Of a stretch of 64,000 nt of DNA, positions 30,071 to 39,811 are shown in pieces. Under the pieces are notes generated by a model. That model made no database searches. It saw nothing but the letters and a program-made list of their open reading frames with translations, and was not told the DNA's origin. This stretch comes from an uncultured Candidatus Binatia bacterium (lineage in GTDB: Bacteria; Desulfobacterota; Binatia; UBA9968; JAJDTQ01). The stretch is from assembly GCA_965215605.1 (NCBI GenBank), contig OZ244070.1, positions 2,784,001-2,848,000 on the forward strand, read 5' to 3'. Position 1 is the first letter of the stretch; each line of letters starts with the position of its first letter. The translations under genes were made by a program, and so were the position numbers.

Positions 30071-31426
30071 ATGAAGGACCTGCGGTCGTTCATGGAGCGT
30101 CTGGAAGACGAGGGCCCCGAGGAACTGCTGCACATCCGCAAGCCGGTGCGGCCCGAGCACGACGTCACCAGCCTGCTGATGGAGCTGGAGTCCTCCGGCC
30201 GCTACCCCACTCTTTACGTGCACGAGGTGCAGGGCTTCTCGATGCCCGTGATCACCAACCTCCACGCCACCCGCAGCCGTTTGGCCATGGCGCTGGACGT
30301 GGACGCCAACGATCTGGTGGAGGAGTACCGCCGGCGGGAAGCCAGCCCGGTGGAGCCCGGCCTGGTCGGGGACGGGCCGGTCAGGGAGGTGGTGCGGACA
30401 GGGGCGGACGTGGACCTGGGCGAGATCCCGCTGTTGACCCACTTCGACATCAGCACCGCCCCCTACGTGACCGCGGGCATCGTCGTCGCCAGGGATCCCG
30501 TGAGCGGGGTGCGGAACCTCAGCTTCAACCGGGCCATGATGGTGGAGCGGAACCGGCTGCGCATGCACCTCGCGCCCGGGATGCACCTGATGCGCTGCGC
30601 GCGCAACGCCGAGGAGAGGGGCGAACCGCTGGACATCGCCTTCATCGTGGGGGTCCATCCGGCCTTTGCCATCGGCGCCCTGTCGCTGGCACCCTTCGAC
30701 GTGGACGAGTACGAGGTCATCGGCGGCATGATGGAGCAGCCGGTGCCGCTGGTGCGGTGCCAGACCGTTCCCCTCGAGGTCCCGGCCCACGCGGAGATGG
30801 TGTTCGAGGGGCGGATCCTGCCCAACGTGCGCGAGGAGGAGGGGCCCTTCGGCGAGTTCACCGGCCACGCGGTGGGGGTGCGCAGGAACCACGTGGCCGA
30901 GATCACCGGCGTCACGTCGCGGGGAAAACCCCTCTACCAGGATATTTTCACCGGCCACTCGGAGCAGCGGCTCATGGGTTCCATCCCCCGGGAGGCGGCG
31001 ATCTTCAGGGCGGTGAAGGCGGTGGCCGGCGGCACCCGGGCGGTGCACATGCCGCCCTCCGGCAACTGCCGGTTCCACTGTTACATTTCCCTGGACAAGC
31101 GCTCCGACGGCGAAGTCCGCAACGCGGTGATGGCGGCCATGGCCACCGACCTCTATCTGAAGCTGGTGATCGTAGTGGACGGCGACGTGAACGTCTACAA
31201 CGAGCGCGACGTGATGTGGGCGGTGGCCAATCGTGTGCAGGCCGATGCCGATACGCTGGTCATTCCCCGTTGCCAGGGCTCGGAGACCGATCCGTCCAGC
31301 GGCCAAGGGGGCTTGACGGCCAAGATGGTCATCGACGCCACCAAGAAACGGAAGGACTTCCCCAAGCGGCTCGCCGTGCCCGACGCGGTGCGCGAACGGG
31401 TCCGGTTGGAGGATTACGTCGGATAA
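30071..31426 (+). CDS. UbiD-family prFMN-dependent (de)carboxylase
   Basis: DLRSFME, SFNR, VPAHAEMVFEG, EEGPFGEFTG, VDGDVNVY...VMWAVANR. Confidence 0.92.
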   Translation: MKDLRSFMERLEDEGPEELLHIRKPVRPEHDVTSLLMELESSGRYPTLYVHEVQGFSMPVITNLHATRSRLAMALDVDANDLVEEYRRREASPVEPGLVGDGPVREVVRTGADVDLGEIPLLTHFDISTAPYVTAGIVVARDPVSGVRNLSFNRAMMVERNRLRMHLAPGMHLMRCARNAEERGEPLDIAFIVGVHPAFAIGALSLAPFDVDEYEVIGGMMEQPVPLVRCQTVPLEVPAHAEMVFEGRILPNVREEEGPFGEFTGHAVGVRRNHVAEITGVTSRGKPLYQDIFTGHSEQRLMGSIPREAAIFRAVKAVAGGTRAVHMPPSGNCRFHCYISLDKRSDGEVRNAVMAAMATDLYLKLVIVVDGDVNVYNERDVMWAVANRVQADADTLVIPRCQGSETDPSSGQGGLTAKMVIDATKKRKDFPKRLAVPDAVRERVRLEDYVG

Positions 31427-31457
31427 CACGGCGGGGGCGCCTTACCGGCCCACGCCC

Positions 31458-31487
31458 CTGGACCCCGGATCAAGTCCGGGATGACGG
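31458..31487. repeat. REP-like half element
   Basis: CTGGACCCCGGATCAAGTCCGGGATGACGG; ends in the same G(A/G)ATGACGG as the dRS3-like elements. Confidence 0.55.
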
Positions 31488-31513
31488 CCTGGGGGTTGTC
31501 AAGGAGGTACACG

Positions 31514-32602
31514 ATGGCAGAAACCAGCAGGGCGGCAACGTTGCTCGCTCCGAACAAGCTCGAGATCCGGGAATATCCCATACCCGATATTCCGGACGAC
31601 GGAGGATTGCTGAAGGTCGAGATGGGCGGCGTCTGCGGCTCCGACGTGAAGTACTACCACGGCCGCATCAACCTGCCGCTGCCGATCATCCTGGGCCACG
31701 AGATCCTGGGCCGTGTTGAGAAGCTCGGCTCCAAGGCCGAGAAGATCCACGGCGTCAAGGAAGGCGACCGCGTGATCATGAAGGGCGCCATCGGCTGCGG
31801 CCGCTGCTCCGACTGCCGCCGCAACGCCCAGCGCTTCTGCAGGAACCGCACCAACTACGGCGGCCGCACCACCTCCGCCAACCCGCCGCACTTGTTCGGT
31901 GGGTTCGCGGACTACCTCTACCTGGCGCCGGACGTGCTGATGACCAAGATCAGTGAAGACCTGTCGGCGGAGGCGGCGTCCCTCATCGGCTCGGTCATGG
32001 CCAACGGGTTCCAGTGGGCGCTGCGCCGCGGCGGGGTCAAGATGGGCGACTTCGTGTTGATCCAGGGGCCCGGACAGCAGGGGCTGGCGTGCACTTGGGC
32101 CTCAAAGCACGCGGGCGCGGCGAAGATCTTCGTGTCCGGCATCGGCCGGGACGCGCCGCGGATGGAGCTGGCCAGGAAGTGGGGCGCCGACCGCATCATC
32201 AACGTCGAGGAAGAGAACGTGGTGGACGTGGTCCGGGAGGAAACCGGCGGCGCCATGGTGGACGTGGTGGTGGACGTGTCGGGTAGTCCCAAGGCGATCC
32301 TGGCCTCCATCGATTGCCTGCGGCGGCAGGGGACCATGGTGTTGGCCGGCCTTACCGGCGACAAGACCATCACCGAGGTCCACATGGACAAGCTGGTGTG
32401 GGGCGAGATCAAGCTCCAGGGCTGCTTCACCGGCGACAACGACGCCGTGGACGCGACCCTGCGCCTCATGGAGGCCACCAAGTTCCCGGTGGAGGAGATG
32501 GTGAGCCACGTGTTCTCGCTGGACGAGACCGAGAAGTGCATCCAGGCGGTGGGGGGCGAGATCCCCGAGTTGTTCCCGACCAAGGCGCTGATCAAGCCCT
32601 AG
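31514..32602 (+). CDS. Zn-dependent MDR dehydrogenase (copy 1)
   Basis: GVCGSD, GHE, CGRCSDC..C, GPGQQG; AAGGAGG RBS before ATG 31514. Confidence 0.92.
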   Translation: MAETSRAATLLAPNKLEIREYPIPDIPDDGGLLKVEMGGVCGSDVKYYHGRINLPLPIILGHEILGRVEKLGSKAEKIHGVKEGDRVIMKGAIGCGRCSDCRRNAQRFCRNRTNYGGRTTSANPPHLFGGFADYLYLAPDVLMTKISEDLSAEAASLIGSVMANGFQWALRRGGVKMGDFVLIQGPGQQGLACTWASKHAGAAKIFVSGIGRDAPRMELARKWGADRIINVEEENVVDVVREETGGAMVDVVVDVSGSPKAILASIDCLRRQGTMVLAGLTGDKTITEVHMDKLVWGEIKLQGCFTGDNDAVDATLRLMEATKFPVEEMVSHVFSLDETEKCIQAVGGEIPELFPTKALIKP

Positions 32603-32623
32603 CAGTCTGGGGCCCGCGCGTAT

Positions 32624-32657
32624 TGCTGCCGGTACCGCGCTGCTGCCGGTACCGCGC
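32624..32657. repeat. 17-bp tandem direct repeat
   Basis: TGCTGCCGGTACCGCGC x2. Confidence 0.85.
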
Positions 32658-32798
32658 GGGGAGGGCAGCGTCCCGGAAATCAGGCGACGGTTTTGCCGGG
32701 GCCGGGCTGTTCTGCTTCGCGCGAAACGGGTGGTGGATCGGGGTGACGGATTACGTCCGCCGGCCGTCGACAGATTTCCGGGACGCCGCCCTCCCCGC
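32656..32798. repeat. 143-bp element with 35-bp terminal inverted repeats (MITE-like or long stem-loop)
   Basis: 32656-32690 and 32764-32798 are reverse complements with 3 mismatches; 73-nt core. Confidence 0.7.
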
Positions 32799-32906
32799 TC
32801 CAAGCGGGCCCAACGGTCTGAGACGCGAGACGGCTCCGGGGGACTGGGTGAGGGTGTTCGGTAAGGGAAGGGCGTTTGGGTCGAAGACGAGACGCGGAGA
32901 GTTTTC

Positions 32907-33998
32907 ATGAGCGAAACCTGTAGGGCGGCGACGCTGGTGGCGCCGGGGAAGATCGAGGTGCGGGAGTACCCGGTGCCGGAGGTTCCGCCGGACGGAGGAC
33001 TGCTGCGGGTGGAGCTGGGCGGGGTGTGCGGGACAGACTACAAGTATTACACCGGGAAGCTGAACCTGCCGATACCCATCATCCTCGGCCACGAGATCCT
33101 GGGCCGGGTCGAGAAGCTCGGCGCCAGGGCGGCCGAGATCCATGGCGTCAAGGAAGGCGACCGCGTGATCATCAAGGGGTCCCTCGGGTGCGGCCGTTGC
33201 GCCGACTGCCGCCGGGGCGGCGACCGGTTCTGCAAGCAGCGCTCGGCCTACGGCTCCCGGATGTCCTCGGCCGACCCGCCGCATCTCTTCGGCGGCTTTG
33301 CCCAGTACCTGTACATCACCCCCACCGCCTTGCTGACGCGGATCAGCGACGACCTTCCGCCGGAGGCCGCGGCGCTGGTGGGGGCGGTGATGGCCAACGG
33401 TTTCCAGTGGGCCTTGCGGCACGGCGGCGTCAAGATGGGGGACTACGTGCTGATCCAGGGGCCGGGCCAGCAGGGGCTCGCCTGCACCTTCGCCTCGAGC
33501 CACGCCGGCGCCGCGCGCATCTTCGTCGCCGGCATCGGCCGCGACAAGAGCCGGCTCGAGGTGGCCGGGCGATTCGGCGCGCACCGCACCATCAACGTCG
33601 AGGAAGAGAACGTCGTGGACGTGATCCGGGAGGAGACCGCCGGCGCCATGGCCGACGTCGTGGTGGACGTCTCCGGGAACCCGGCCGCCATCGTCACGTC
33701 GGTGGATTGCCTGCGGCGGCAGGGGAAGCTGGTGCTCGGCGGACTGACGGGCGACAAGACCGTCACCCCCATGCTCATGGACAGGCTCGTGTGGGGCGAG
33801 ATCTGTGTCCAGGGAGCCTACACCGGCGACAACGACGCCATCGACGCCACCCTCCGGCTGATGGAGACCACCGGCTTCCCGGTCGAACAGATGGTGAGCC
33901 ACGTCTTCTCGCTGGACGAGACCGAACAATGCGTCCGCGCGGTGGGAGGAGAGGTGCCCGAGTTGTTCCCGACCAAGGCGCTTATCAACCCGTGGTAA
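32907..33998 (+). CDS. Zn-dependent MDR dehydrogenase (copy 2, tandem paralog)
   Basis: Same motifs; long stretches nearly identical to copy 1 (e.g. MVSHVFSLDETE, PELFPTKALI). Confidence 0.92.
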   Translation: MSETCRAATLVAPGKIEVREYPVPEVPPDGGLLRVELGGVCGTDYKYYTGKLNLPIPIILGHEILGRVEKLGARAAEIHGVKEGDRVIIKGSLGCGRCADCRRGGDRFCKQRSAYGSRMSSADPPHLFGGFAQYLYITPTALLTRISDDLPPEAAALVGAVMANGFQWALRHGGVKMGDYVLIQGPGQQGLACTFASSHAGAARIFVAGIGRDKSRLEVAGRFGAHRTINVEEENVVDVIREETAGAMADVVVDVSGNPAAIVTSVDCLRRQGKLVLGGLTGDKTVTPMLMDRLVWGEICVQGAYTGDNDAIDATLRLMETTGFPVEQMVSHVFSLDETEQCVRAVGGEVPELFPTKALINPW

Positions 33999-34010
33999 CC
34001 GCCATCCCCC

Positions 34011-34877
34011 GTGCCCGAGCCTTCCCCCATGAGACTGTTCGCGCCCGCCAAGGTGAATCTCTGCCTCCGGATCACCGGCCGGCGTGACGACGGCTACCAT
34101 CTGCTGGACTCACTGATGGTGCCCATCAGCCTGGGCGACGAGGTCGAGATCTCCCGGACGGACGGGGCGCCCGATTCGCTGGCGCTGGCGGCTGACGACC
34201 CCGACGTGCCGCTTGGGGAAGACAACACGGTCCGGCAGGCGGTGCGCGCGTTCCGTGAACGGACCGGCCGCCGGGACGCCGTGGCCGTCAACATCCGCAA
34301 GCGCATCCCCATCGGCGCCGGGCTGGGAGGCGGCAGCACCGACGCGGCCGCCGTTCTGCGCGGGATGAACGATTTCCTCGGAACGGGCCTGCCCGTCGAG
34401 GTCCTCCTGGCGTTGGGCCTGTCGGTGGGGGCCGACGTGCCCTTTTTCATCCGCGGCGGGGCCGCCCGGGCCCGGGGTGTCGGGGAGGAGTTGAGCCCCG
34501 TGGGACCGCTGCCCCAGCTGTGGCTGGTGGTGCTGTTCCCCAACCTCGCGGTGTCCACGGCCTGGGTCTACCGGAACTTCCGGTCCAAGTTGACAAAACC
34601 GTCCAATAATAATAACTTGGTTCGAAAATTGGACACGCCTCACGAAGTGGCTGAGGTGTTGGTCAATGACCTCGAAACGGTCACCATGGGCCGCTATCCG
34701 CGCATTGCCCGGCTCAAGGATCGCCTGAACGAGAGCGGGGCGGTCGGTAGCCTGATGTCCGGCAGCGGCTCGGCGGTTTTCGGGGTATTCGCTGACGAGG
34801 CAGGTGCCAGACAGGCATTCACGGGCTTCGAGGGCGAAAAAGGCTTTCGGGCTTATCTGGCTTTTTCGCTGACATAA
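34011..34877 (+). CDS. ispE: 4-diphosphocytidyl-2-C-methyl-D-erythritol kinase
   Basis: APAKVNL, RRDDGYH, KRIPIGAGLGGGSTDAA, MSGSGS. Confidence 0.96.
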   Translation: MPEPSPMRLFAPAKVNLCLRITGRRDDGYHLLDSLMVPISLGDEVEISRTDGAPDSLALAADDPDVPLGEDNTVRQAVRAFRERTGRRDAVAVNIRKRIPIGAGLGGGSTDAAAVLRGMNDFLGTGLPVEVLLALGLSVGADVPFFIRGGAARARGVGEELSPVGPLPQLWLVVLFPNLAVSTAWVYRNFRSKLTKPSNNNNLVRKLDTPHEVAEVLVNDLETVTMGRYPRIARLKDRLNESGAVGSLMSGSGSAVFGVFADEAGARQAFTGFEGEKGFRAYLAFSLT

Positions 34878-34915
34878 GGGCAAGCCATCCGTCGTGGGAC
34901 GGAAAGGAGGTCCCT

Positions 34916-35200
34916 GTGGAGGTCACGGAAGTCAAGGTCTTTCCCGTTGAAGAGGATAAGCTCAAGGCGTATGTGACCATCACCCTGGACGACTGCTTCG
35001 TGGTCCGGGATCTCAAAGTCATTCGCGGCACTTCGGGTCTGTTCGTTTCCATGCCCAGCAAGAAACGCCGGGATGGGACCTACAAGGATGTGGCGCACCC
35101 GCTCAACAGCGAGACCCGCAGGATGATCGAGGAAAGGATTATTGCGGCATACAGGGAAGTTGCGACGGGCGATGCGGGCCAGGGTCGAGATGCGCTCTAG
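34916..35200 (+). CDS. spoVG: SpoVG family nucleic-acid-binding protein
   Basis: EVTEVKV...LKAYVTITLDDCFVVRDLKVI...GLFVSMPSKK...YKDVAHP. Confidence 0.93.
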   Translation: MEVTEVKVFPVEEDKLKAYVTITLDDCFVVRDLKVIRGTSGLFVSMPSKKRRDGTYKDVAHPLNSETRRMIEERIIAAYREVATGDAGQGRDAL

Positions 35201-35240
35201 TCATCCCCGCGCCGGACGCTCGAACGCCGACGGGAAGGAA

Positions 35241-35315
35241 TGGGCGGTCGCCAAGTGGTAAGGCCCCGGATTTTGGTTCCGGTATACGAAGGTTCGAATC
35301 CTTCCCGCCCAGCCA
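35241..35315 (+). tRNA. tRNA-Gln (anticodon TTG)
   Basis: TGGGCGG..CCGCCCA acceptor stem, anticodon arm CCGGA-TTTTGGT-TCCGG, GGTTCGAATCC T-arm, encoded CCA. Confidence 0.96.
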
Positions 35316-35342
35316 AGCTTTCTCTCCTTTGATGGGCCTTTC

Positions 35343-35365
35343 AGGGGCGGGTTTCGAACCCGCCC
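35343..35365. repeat. REP-like hairpin
   Basis: AGGGGCGGGTTTCGAACCCGCCC downstream of the tRNA. Confidence 0.55.
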
Positions 35366-35415
35366 GAGGTCGTCATGGCACGACAACACGGGCGTGTTCC
35401 ACACCAAGGCAGGAC

Positions 35416-36366
35416 ATGGGAACGTTGCACGATGAAATGAGAATCTTTGCGGGCAATTCCAATCCCCCGCTTGCGCGCGACATTTGCCACGGTCTCGAGA
35501 TCCCGTTGGGGGAGGCGTTGGTGGAGACGTTCAGCGACGGCGAGATACGGGTGGAGATCAAGGAGAACGTGCGCGGCTGCGATGTCTTCGTGATCCAGTC
35601 CACGTGCGCCCCGGGCAACGACAACCTGATGGAGCTGCTCCTCATGCTGGACGCGTTCAGACGCGCCTCGGCCAAGCGGGTCACCGCGGTGATCCCGTAC
35701 TACGGTTACGCGCGGCAGGACCGCAAGGTAGCTCCCCGGGTCCCGATCAGTGCCAAGCTGGTGGCGGATCTCATCACCACCGCCGGCGCGGCGCGCATGC
35801 TCACCATGGACCTCCATTCGGGCCAGATCCAGGGCTTCTTCAACATACCGGTGGACAACCTCTACGCGTTGCCGGTGCTGCTCCAGTACCTGGAACGCCG
35901 CTTCAGCGGGGAGACGTCGATCGTCGTGTCGCCGGACGCGGGCGGGGCCCAGCGGGCGCGCGCGTTTGCCACCCGGCTGAACGTGGCGATGGCGGTTATC
36001 GACAAGCGCAGGGCCGACGCCAACGTGGTGGAGGAGATGAACATCATCGGCGAGGTGGAGGGCAAGAGCGCCGTCCTCCTTGACGACATGGTGGACACCG
36101 CCGGGACCATTTCCATGGCGGCGGAGGCGCTGATGCGGGCGGGCGCGAACAAGGTCATCGGCTGCTGTACCCACGCCATCCTCTCCGGGAAGGCGCTGGA
36201 CCGGATCAACGAGTCGCCCATGGAAGAGATGGTGGTCACCGACACCGTTCCCCTGAGCGCGAAGATGGCCCAGTGCCCGAAGATAAGGCCCTTGTCGGTG
36301 GCGCCGCTGATCGGGGAGGCCATCCGCAGGACTCACCTGGAGCGGTCCATCAGTTCCCTTTTCTGA
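35416..36366 (+). CDS. prs: Ribose-phosphate pyrophosphokinase
   Basis: FSDGEI, PYYGYARQDRK, DLHSGQIQGFF, VSPDAGG, DDMVDTAGT. Confidence 0.96.
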   Translation: MGTLHDEMRIFAGNSNPPLARDICHGLEIPLGEALVETFSDGEIRVEIKENVRGCDVFVIQSTCAPGNDNLMELLLMLDAFRRASAKRVTAVIPYYGYARQDRKVAPRVPISAKLVADLITTAGAARMLTMDLHSGQIQGFFNIPVDNLYALPVLLQYLERRFSGETSIVVSPDAGGAQRARAFATRLNVAMAVIDKRRADANVVEEMNIIGEVEGKSAVLLDDMVDTAGTISMAAEALMRAGANKVIGCCTHAILSGKALDRINESPMEEMVVTDTVPLSAKMAQCPKIRPLSVAPLIGEAIRRTHLERSISSLF

Positions 36367-36404
36367 TCGAAAAACTCGCAGCACGTTGTCAGGAGGTTCA
36401 GGTT

Positions 36405-37052
36405 TTGGAAACAGTAGAAGTATCCGCAGAGGCGAGGCAGGTCGGCAACAAGCGTGACGCCGGCCGCCTGCGCCGCAACGGCAAGCTCCCGGGGGTCGTT
36501 TACGGCCGGGGGACCGAAGGCTTGGCCATGCAGGTGGACGACCGGGAGATCCGGAACCGCGTCGGCAGCCTGGAAGGCTCTCATCTGGTCCGGTTCAAGT
36601 CCTCGACGGACAGTCTCGACGGCAGGCTCGTCCTCATCAAGAACGTGCAGTATCACCCGGTGACCCACGCCATCGCCCACATCGACTTCTACGAGGTGGA
36701 CGTGACACGAAAGATCACCGTCATGGTGGGCCTGCACTACGTGGGGCGGCCCGAGGGAGTGGTTCACGGCGGGGTGTTGCAGCCCATCGCGCGGGAGCTC
36801 GAGGTCGAGTGCCTGCCCATGGATATCCCGGCACAGATCGAGGTGGACGTTTCGGCTCTGGAGATCGGTCACGGGCTCAAGGCCGGCGATATCACGCTGC
36901 CGCCCAACGTGACCAACGCCACTCCGGATCTGAGCCTGGTATCGGTGCTGGCGCCCACGGTTTCCACCATCGAAGAGGAAGAGGCGGCGGCGGCGGAGGC
37001 CGAGGCGACCGAGGCGGCGGAGGCCGAGGCGGCGGAACAGACCGGCGAGTGA
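36405..37052 (+). CDS. rplY: 50S ribosomal protein L25/Ctc
   Basis: RLRRNGKLPGVVYG, QYHPV, HIDFY; TTG start after AGGAGG. Confidence 0.93.
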   Translation: METVEVSAEARQVGNKRDAGRLRRNGKLPGVVYGRGTEGLAMQVDDREIRNRVGSLEGSHLVRFKSSTDSLDGRLVLIKNVQYHPVTHAIAHIDFYEVDVTRKITVMVGLHYVGRPEGVVHGGVLQPIARELEVECLPMDIPAQIEVDVSALEIGHGLKAGDITLPPNVTNATPDLSLVSVLAPTVSTIEEEEAAAAEAEATEAAEAEAAEQTGE

Positions 37053-37110
37053 ACTCCACGCGTGCTGCGGACAACGGGGAGCCTGTGATCTCCCCCTCCA
37101 GGACACCGCT

Positions 37111-37701
37111 GTGAAACTGGTCGTGGGCCTGGGCAACCCGGGCCGGCGCTACGCGCGCACACGGCACAATCTCGGGTTTCTCCTGCTGGACCGCATGGCC
37201 GAGGCCCGGGGCGTTCATATCGGCGACGAACGCTGCGAGTCGCTGGTCGGCCGGGCCGAGCGGACGTGGGATCCGGTTGCCGCGGAATGGTTGCCGCCGC
37301 TGGTATTGGCCAAGCCACAGACCTACATGAACCACAGCGGCGTGGCGGCTGCTGCCTTGGTGAAGCGTTTTCAGACGCGGGGTACGGACCTCGTGGTGGC
37401 GTACGATGACCTGGACCTGCCGTTCGGCCGGCTCCGTATCCGTTGCGGCGGGTCGGCGGGAGGACACCGGGGTCTGGCGTCGGTCCTGCAGCACGTCGCG
37501 GACCGTGACTTCGTCCGGCTCCGCATCGGCATCGGCCGTCCGCCCGCGGGCGTGGATCCCGTGGACTACGTGTTGAGCGGGTTCTTGCCCGGGGAACAGG
37601 GCGCGCTGGACGACGTGTTGACGAGGGCGGGCGAGGCGCTGGAAGCCATCGTGCTGAAGGGCCCGGTGCCGGCCATGGAAGATTTCAATCGAGTTCGATA
37701 G
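37111..37701 (+). CDS. pth: Peptidyl-tRNA hydrolase
   Basis: [40 protein letters not shown]. Confidence 0.96.
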   Translation: MKLVVGLGNPGRRYARTRHNLGFLLLDRMAEARGVHIGDERCESLVGRAERTWDPVAAEWLPPLVLAKPQTYMNHSGVAAAALVKRFQTRGTDLVVAYDDLDLPFGRLRIRCGGSAGGHRGLASVLQHVADRDFVRLRIGIGRPPAGVDPVDYVLSGFLPGEQGALDDVLTRAGEALEAIVLKGPVPAMEDFNRVR

Positions 37702-37712
37702 AGGAGGGCGTT

Positions 37713-39761
37713 ATGGAAGGTTTGGTGGTCTGGGCGCCGATACTGGGTGTGGCCGGACTTCTCATCGCGTACGGGGCTTATCGCTCCATCGTCAAGGTCG
37801 CGGTCAAGGATGCGGGAATGCAGTCCGTCAGCGACTCCATCTACGAAGGGGCCATGGCCTTCCTGAAGCGCGAGTACTTCGTTCTTTCGGTCTTCGTGGT
37901 GGTGGTAGCGCTGCTGCTTGCATGGCAGCTTGGCGTCGAAACCGCGTTGGCTTTCTTCGCGGGCGCGATCTGCTCGGTGATAGCCGGGTTTCTCGGCATG
38001 AAGGCGGCCACCCGGGCCAACGTACGCACAGCCCAGGCGGCCGCGGAGGGCGGCCAGTCGGAAGCGCTGCTCGTGGCCTTCAACGGCGGTTCGGTGATGG
38101 GACTCTCCGTAGCCAGCCTCGGGCTCTTGGGCGTGGGCATTCTCTATCTGGTCTACGGTGATCCGGAGAACTCCAAGTACATCAGCGGGTTCGCCATGGG
38201 CGCCAGCTCCATCGCCCTGTTCTCCAGGGTCGGGGGCGGCATCTATACCAAGGCCGCGGATGTGGGCTCCGATCTGGTGGGCAAGGTCGAGGCCGGCATT
38301 CCGGAAGACGATCCGCGCAATCCCGGCGTCATCGCGGACAACGTCGGCGACAACGTCGGCGACGTCGCCGGCATGGGCGCCGATCTGTTCGAATCCTACG
38401 TCGGCTCGGTGATCGCGTCGGTCGCCATTGCCGCCACCGTCTCGGCGAGTGGGCTCGCCGGCCTGTTCTCGGCCCAGGCCGAGGCCTCCCGGGCCACGTT
38501 GATGGCGCTGCCGCTGGTTCTGGCCATACTGGGCCTCATCGCCTCCGTGGCCGGCATCTTTTCCATGCGGGTGTTCAAGAAGATCGACCCGCAGTCGGCG
38601 CTTCGAGGCGCCACGGTCCTCACCACGGTGCTGTTCCTGGTGGGAGCGCTGGTGCTGATTCTCACCTTTGGCGTCACCATCGGCGTCTTCTGGGCCGTGC
38701 TCGCGGGTTCGCTGGGCGGCATCCTCATCGGCCTCATCACCGAGTACTACACCTCTGGCAAGCCGGTGGAGCGCATTGCCGAGGCCAGCCGTACGGGCCA
38801 CGCCACCAACATCATCCACGGAATGGCCGTGGGACTTGAGAGCGTGGCGCTTCCCGTCGTGGTCATCGCCATTGCCATCTGGGTGTCCTACGGCGCGGCC
38901 CAGCTTTACGGCATTGGCGTGGCCGCGGTAGCCATGCTGGCCACGGTGGGCATCACCATGAGCGTGGACGCCTACGGACCCATTGCCGACAACGCCGGCG
39001 GCATCTCGGAGATGTGCGGCCTGGGGCCCGAGGTGCGCAAGATCACCGACGGGCTCGATTCGCTGGGCAACACCACGGCGGCCATCGGCAAGGGTTTCGC
39101 CATCGGCTCGGCGGCGCTGACCGCGCTGGCGCTGTTCTCGGCCTATACGAGAACGGTGGATGCCGAGCTGGCGGCCATGGGGGCGCAACCGTTGCAGATC
39201 CTGGTGACGTCGCCGGAGGTGGTGGTGGGCCTGTTCATCGGCGGCCTGATTCCGTACCTGATCGGAGCCATGACCATGACCGCCGTGGGAAGGGCCGCCG
39301 GAAAGATGATCGACGAGATCCGCCGGCAGTTCCGCGAGATCCCCGGGCTGTTGGAGGGTCGCGAGGGAGTCAAGCCGGATGCGGCGAGCTGCGTGGACAT
39401 CTCCACCCGTGCGGCCATCAAGGAGATGGTGGTGCCGGGGCTGGTGGCGGTGGTGGTGCCGGTTTTGGTGGGCTTCTCGCTGGGGCCGGTGGCGCTGGGC
39501 GGAACGCTGGCCGGGGCATTGGTATCGGGCGTGCTGCTGGCGCTGTTCATGTCGAACGCCGGCGGGGCCTGGGACAACGCCAAGAAGTACATCGAGCGGG
39601 GCGATCTGGCGAACGAGGAGAAGGGCGGCGAGGCTCACAAGGCCGCCGTGGTCGGCGACACCGTGGGAGATCCGCTGAAGGACACTTCCGGCCCGTCCAT
39701 GAACATCCTCATCAAGCTCATGTCGGTGGTTTCGCTGGTGATCGCGCCGCTGCTGGTGTGA
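37713..39761 (+). CDS. hppA: Membrane-integral ion-translocating pyrophosphatase (K+-dependent type)
   Basis: [47 protein letters not shown]. Confidence 0.96.
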   Translation: MEGLVVWAPILGVAGLLIAYGAYRSIVKVAVKDAGMQSVSDSIYEGAMAFLKREYFVLSVFVVVVALLLAWQLGVETALAFFAGAICSVIAGFLGMKAATRANVRTAQAAAEGGQSEALLVAFNGGSVMGLSVASLGLLGVGILYLVYGDPENSKYISGFAMGASSIALFSRVGGGIYTKAADVGSDLVGKVEAGIPEDDPRNPGVIADNVGDNVGDVAGMGADLFESYVGSVIASVAIAATVSASGLAGLFSAQAEASRATLMALPLVLAILGLIASVAGIFSMRVFKKIDPQSALRGATVLTTVLFLVGALVLILTFGVTIGVFWAVLAGSLGGILIGLITEYYTSGKPVERIAEASRTGHATNIIHGMAVGLESVALPVVVIAIAIWVSYGAAQLYGIGVAAVAMLATVGITMSVDAYGPIADNAGGISEMCGLGPEVRKITDGLDSLGNTTAAIGKGFAIGSAALTALALFSAYTRTVDAELAAMGAQPLQILVTSPEVVVGLFIGGLIPYLIGAMTMTAVGRAAGKMIDEIRRQFREIPGLLEGREGVKPDAASCVDISTRAAIKEMVVPGLVAVVVPVLVGFSLGPVALGGTLAGALVSGVLLALFMSNAGGAWDNAKKYIERGDLANEEKGGEAHKAAVVGDTVGDPLKDTSGPSMNILIKLMSVVSLVIAPLLV

Positions 39762-39811
39762 TTCGGCAGGTTGTAAAGGGTCAACCCCTATGTTAAGTAA
39801 ATTCGACGATC

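Noticed and set aside
31514-33998. MDRs lack a Cys/Asp/Glu at the usual third catalytic Zn ligand position (LIGSVMANG)
   Set aside because: Several MDR families use the Glu of GHE plus water instead, so this is not evidence of inactivity.
34916-35200. spoVG in a presumably non-sporulating organism
   Set aside because: SpoVG is a general nucleic-acid-binding protein, and this ispE-spoVG-prs context is a known conserved arrangement.
35241-35365. tRNA-Gln as an integration site
   Set aside because: No integrase, no duplicated tRNA 3' end seen, and housekeeping synteny continues on both sides.
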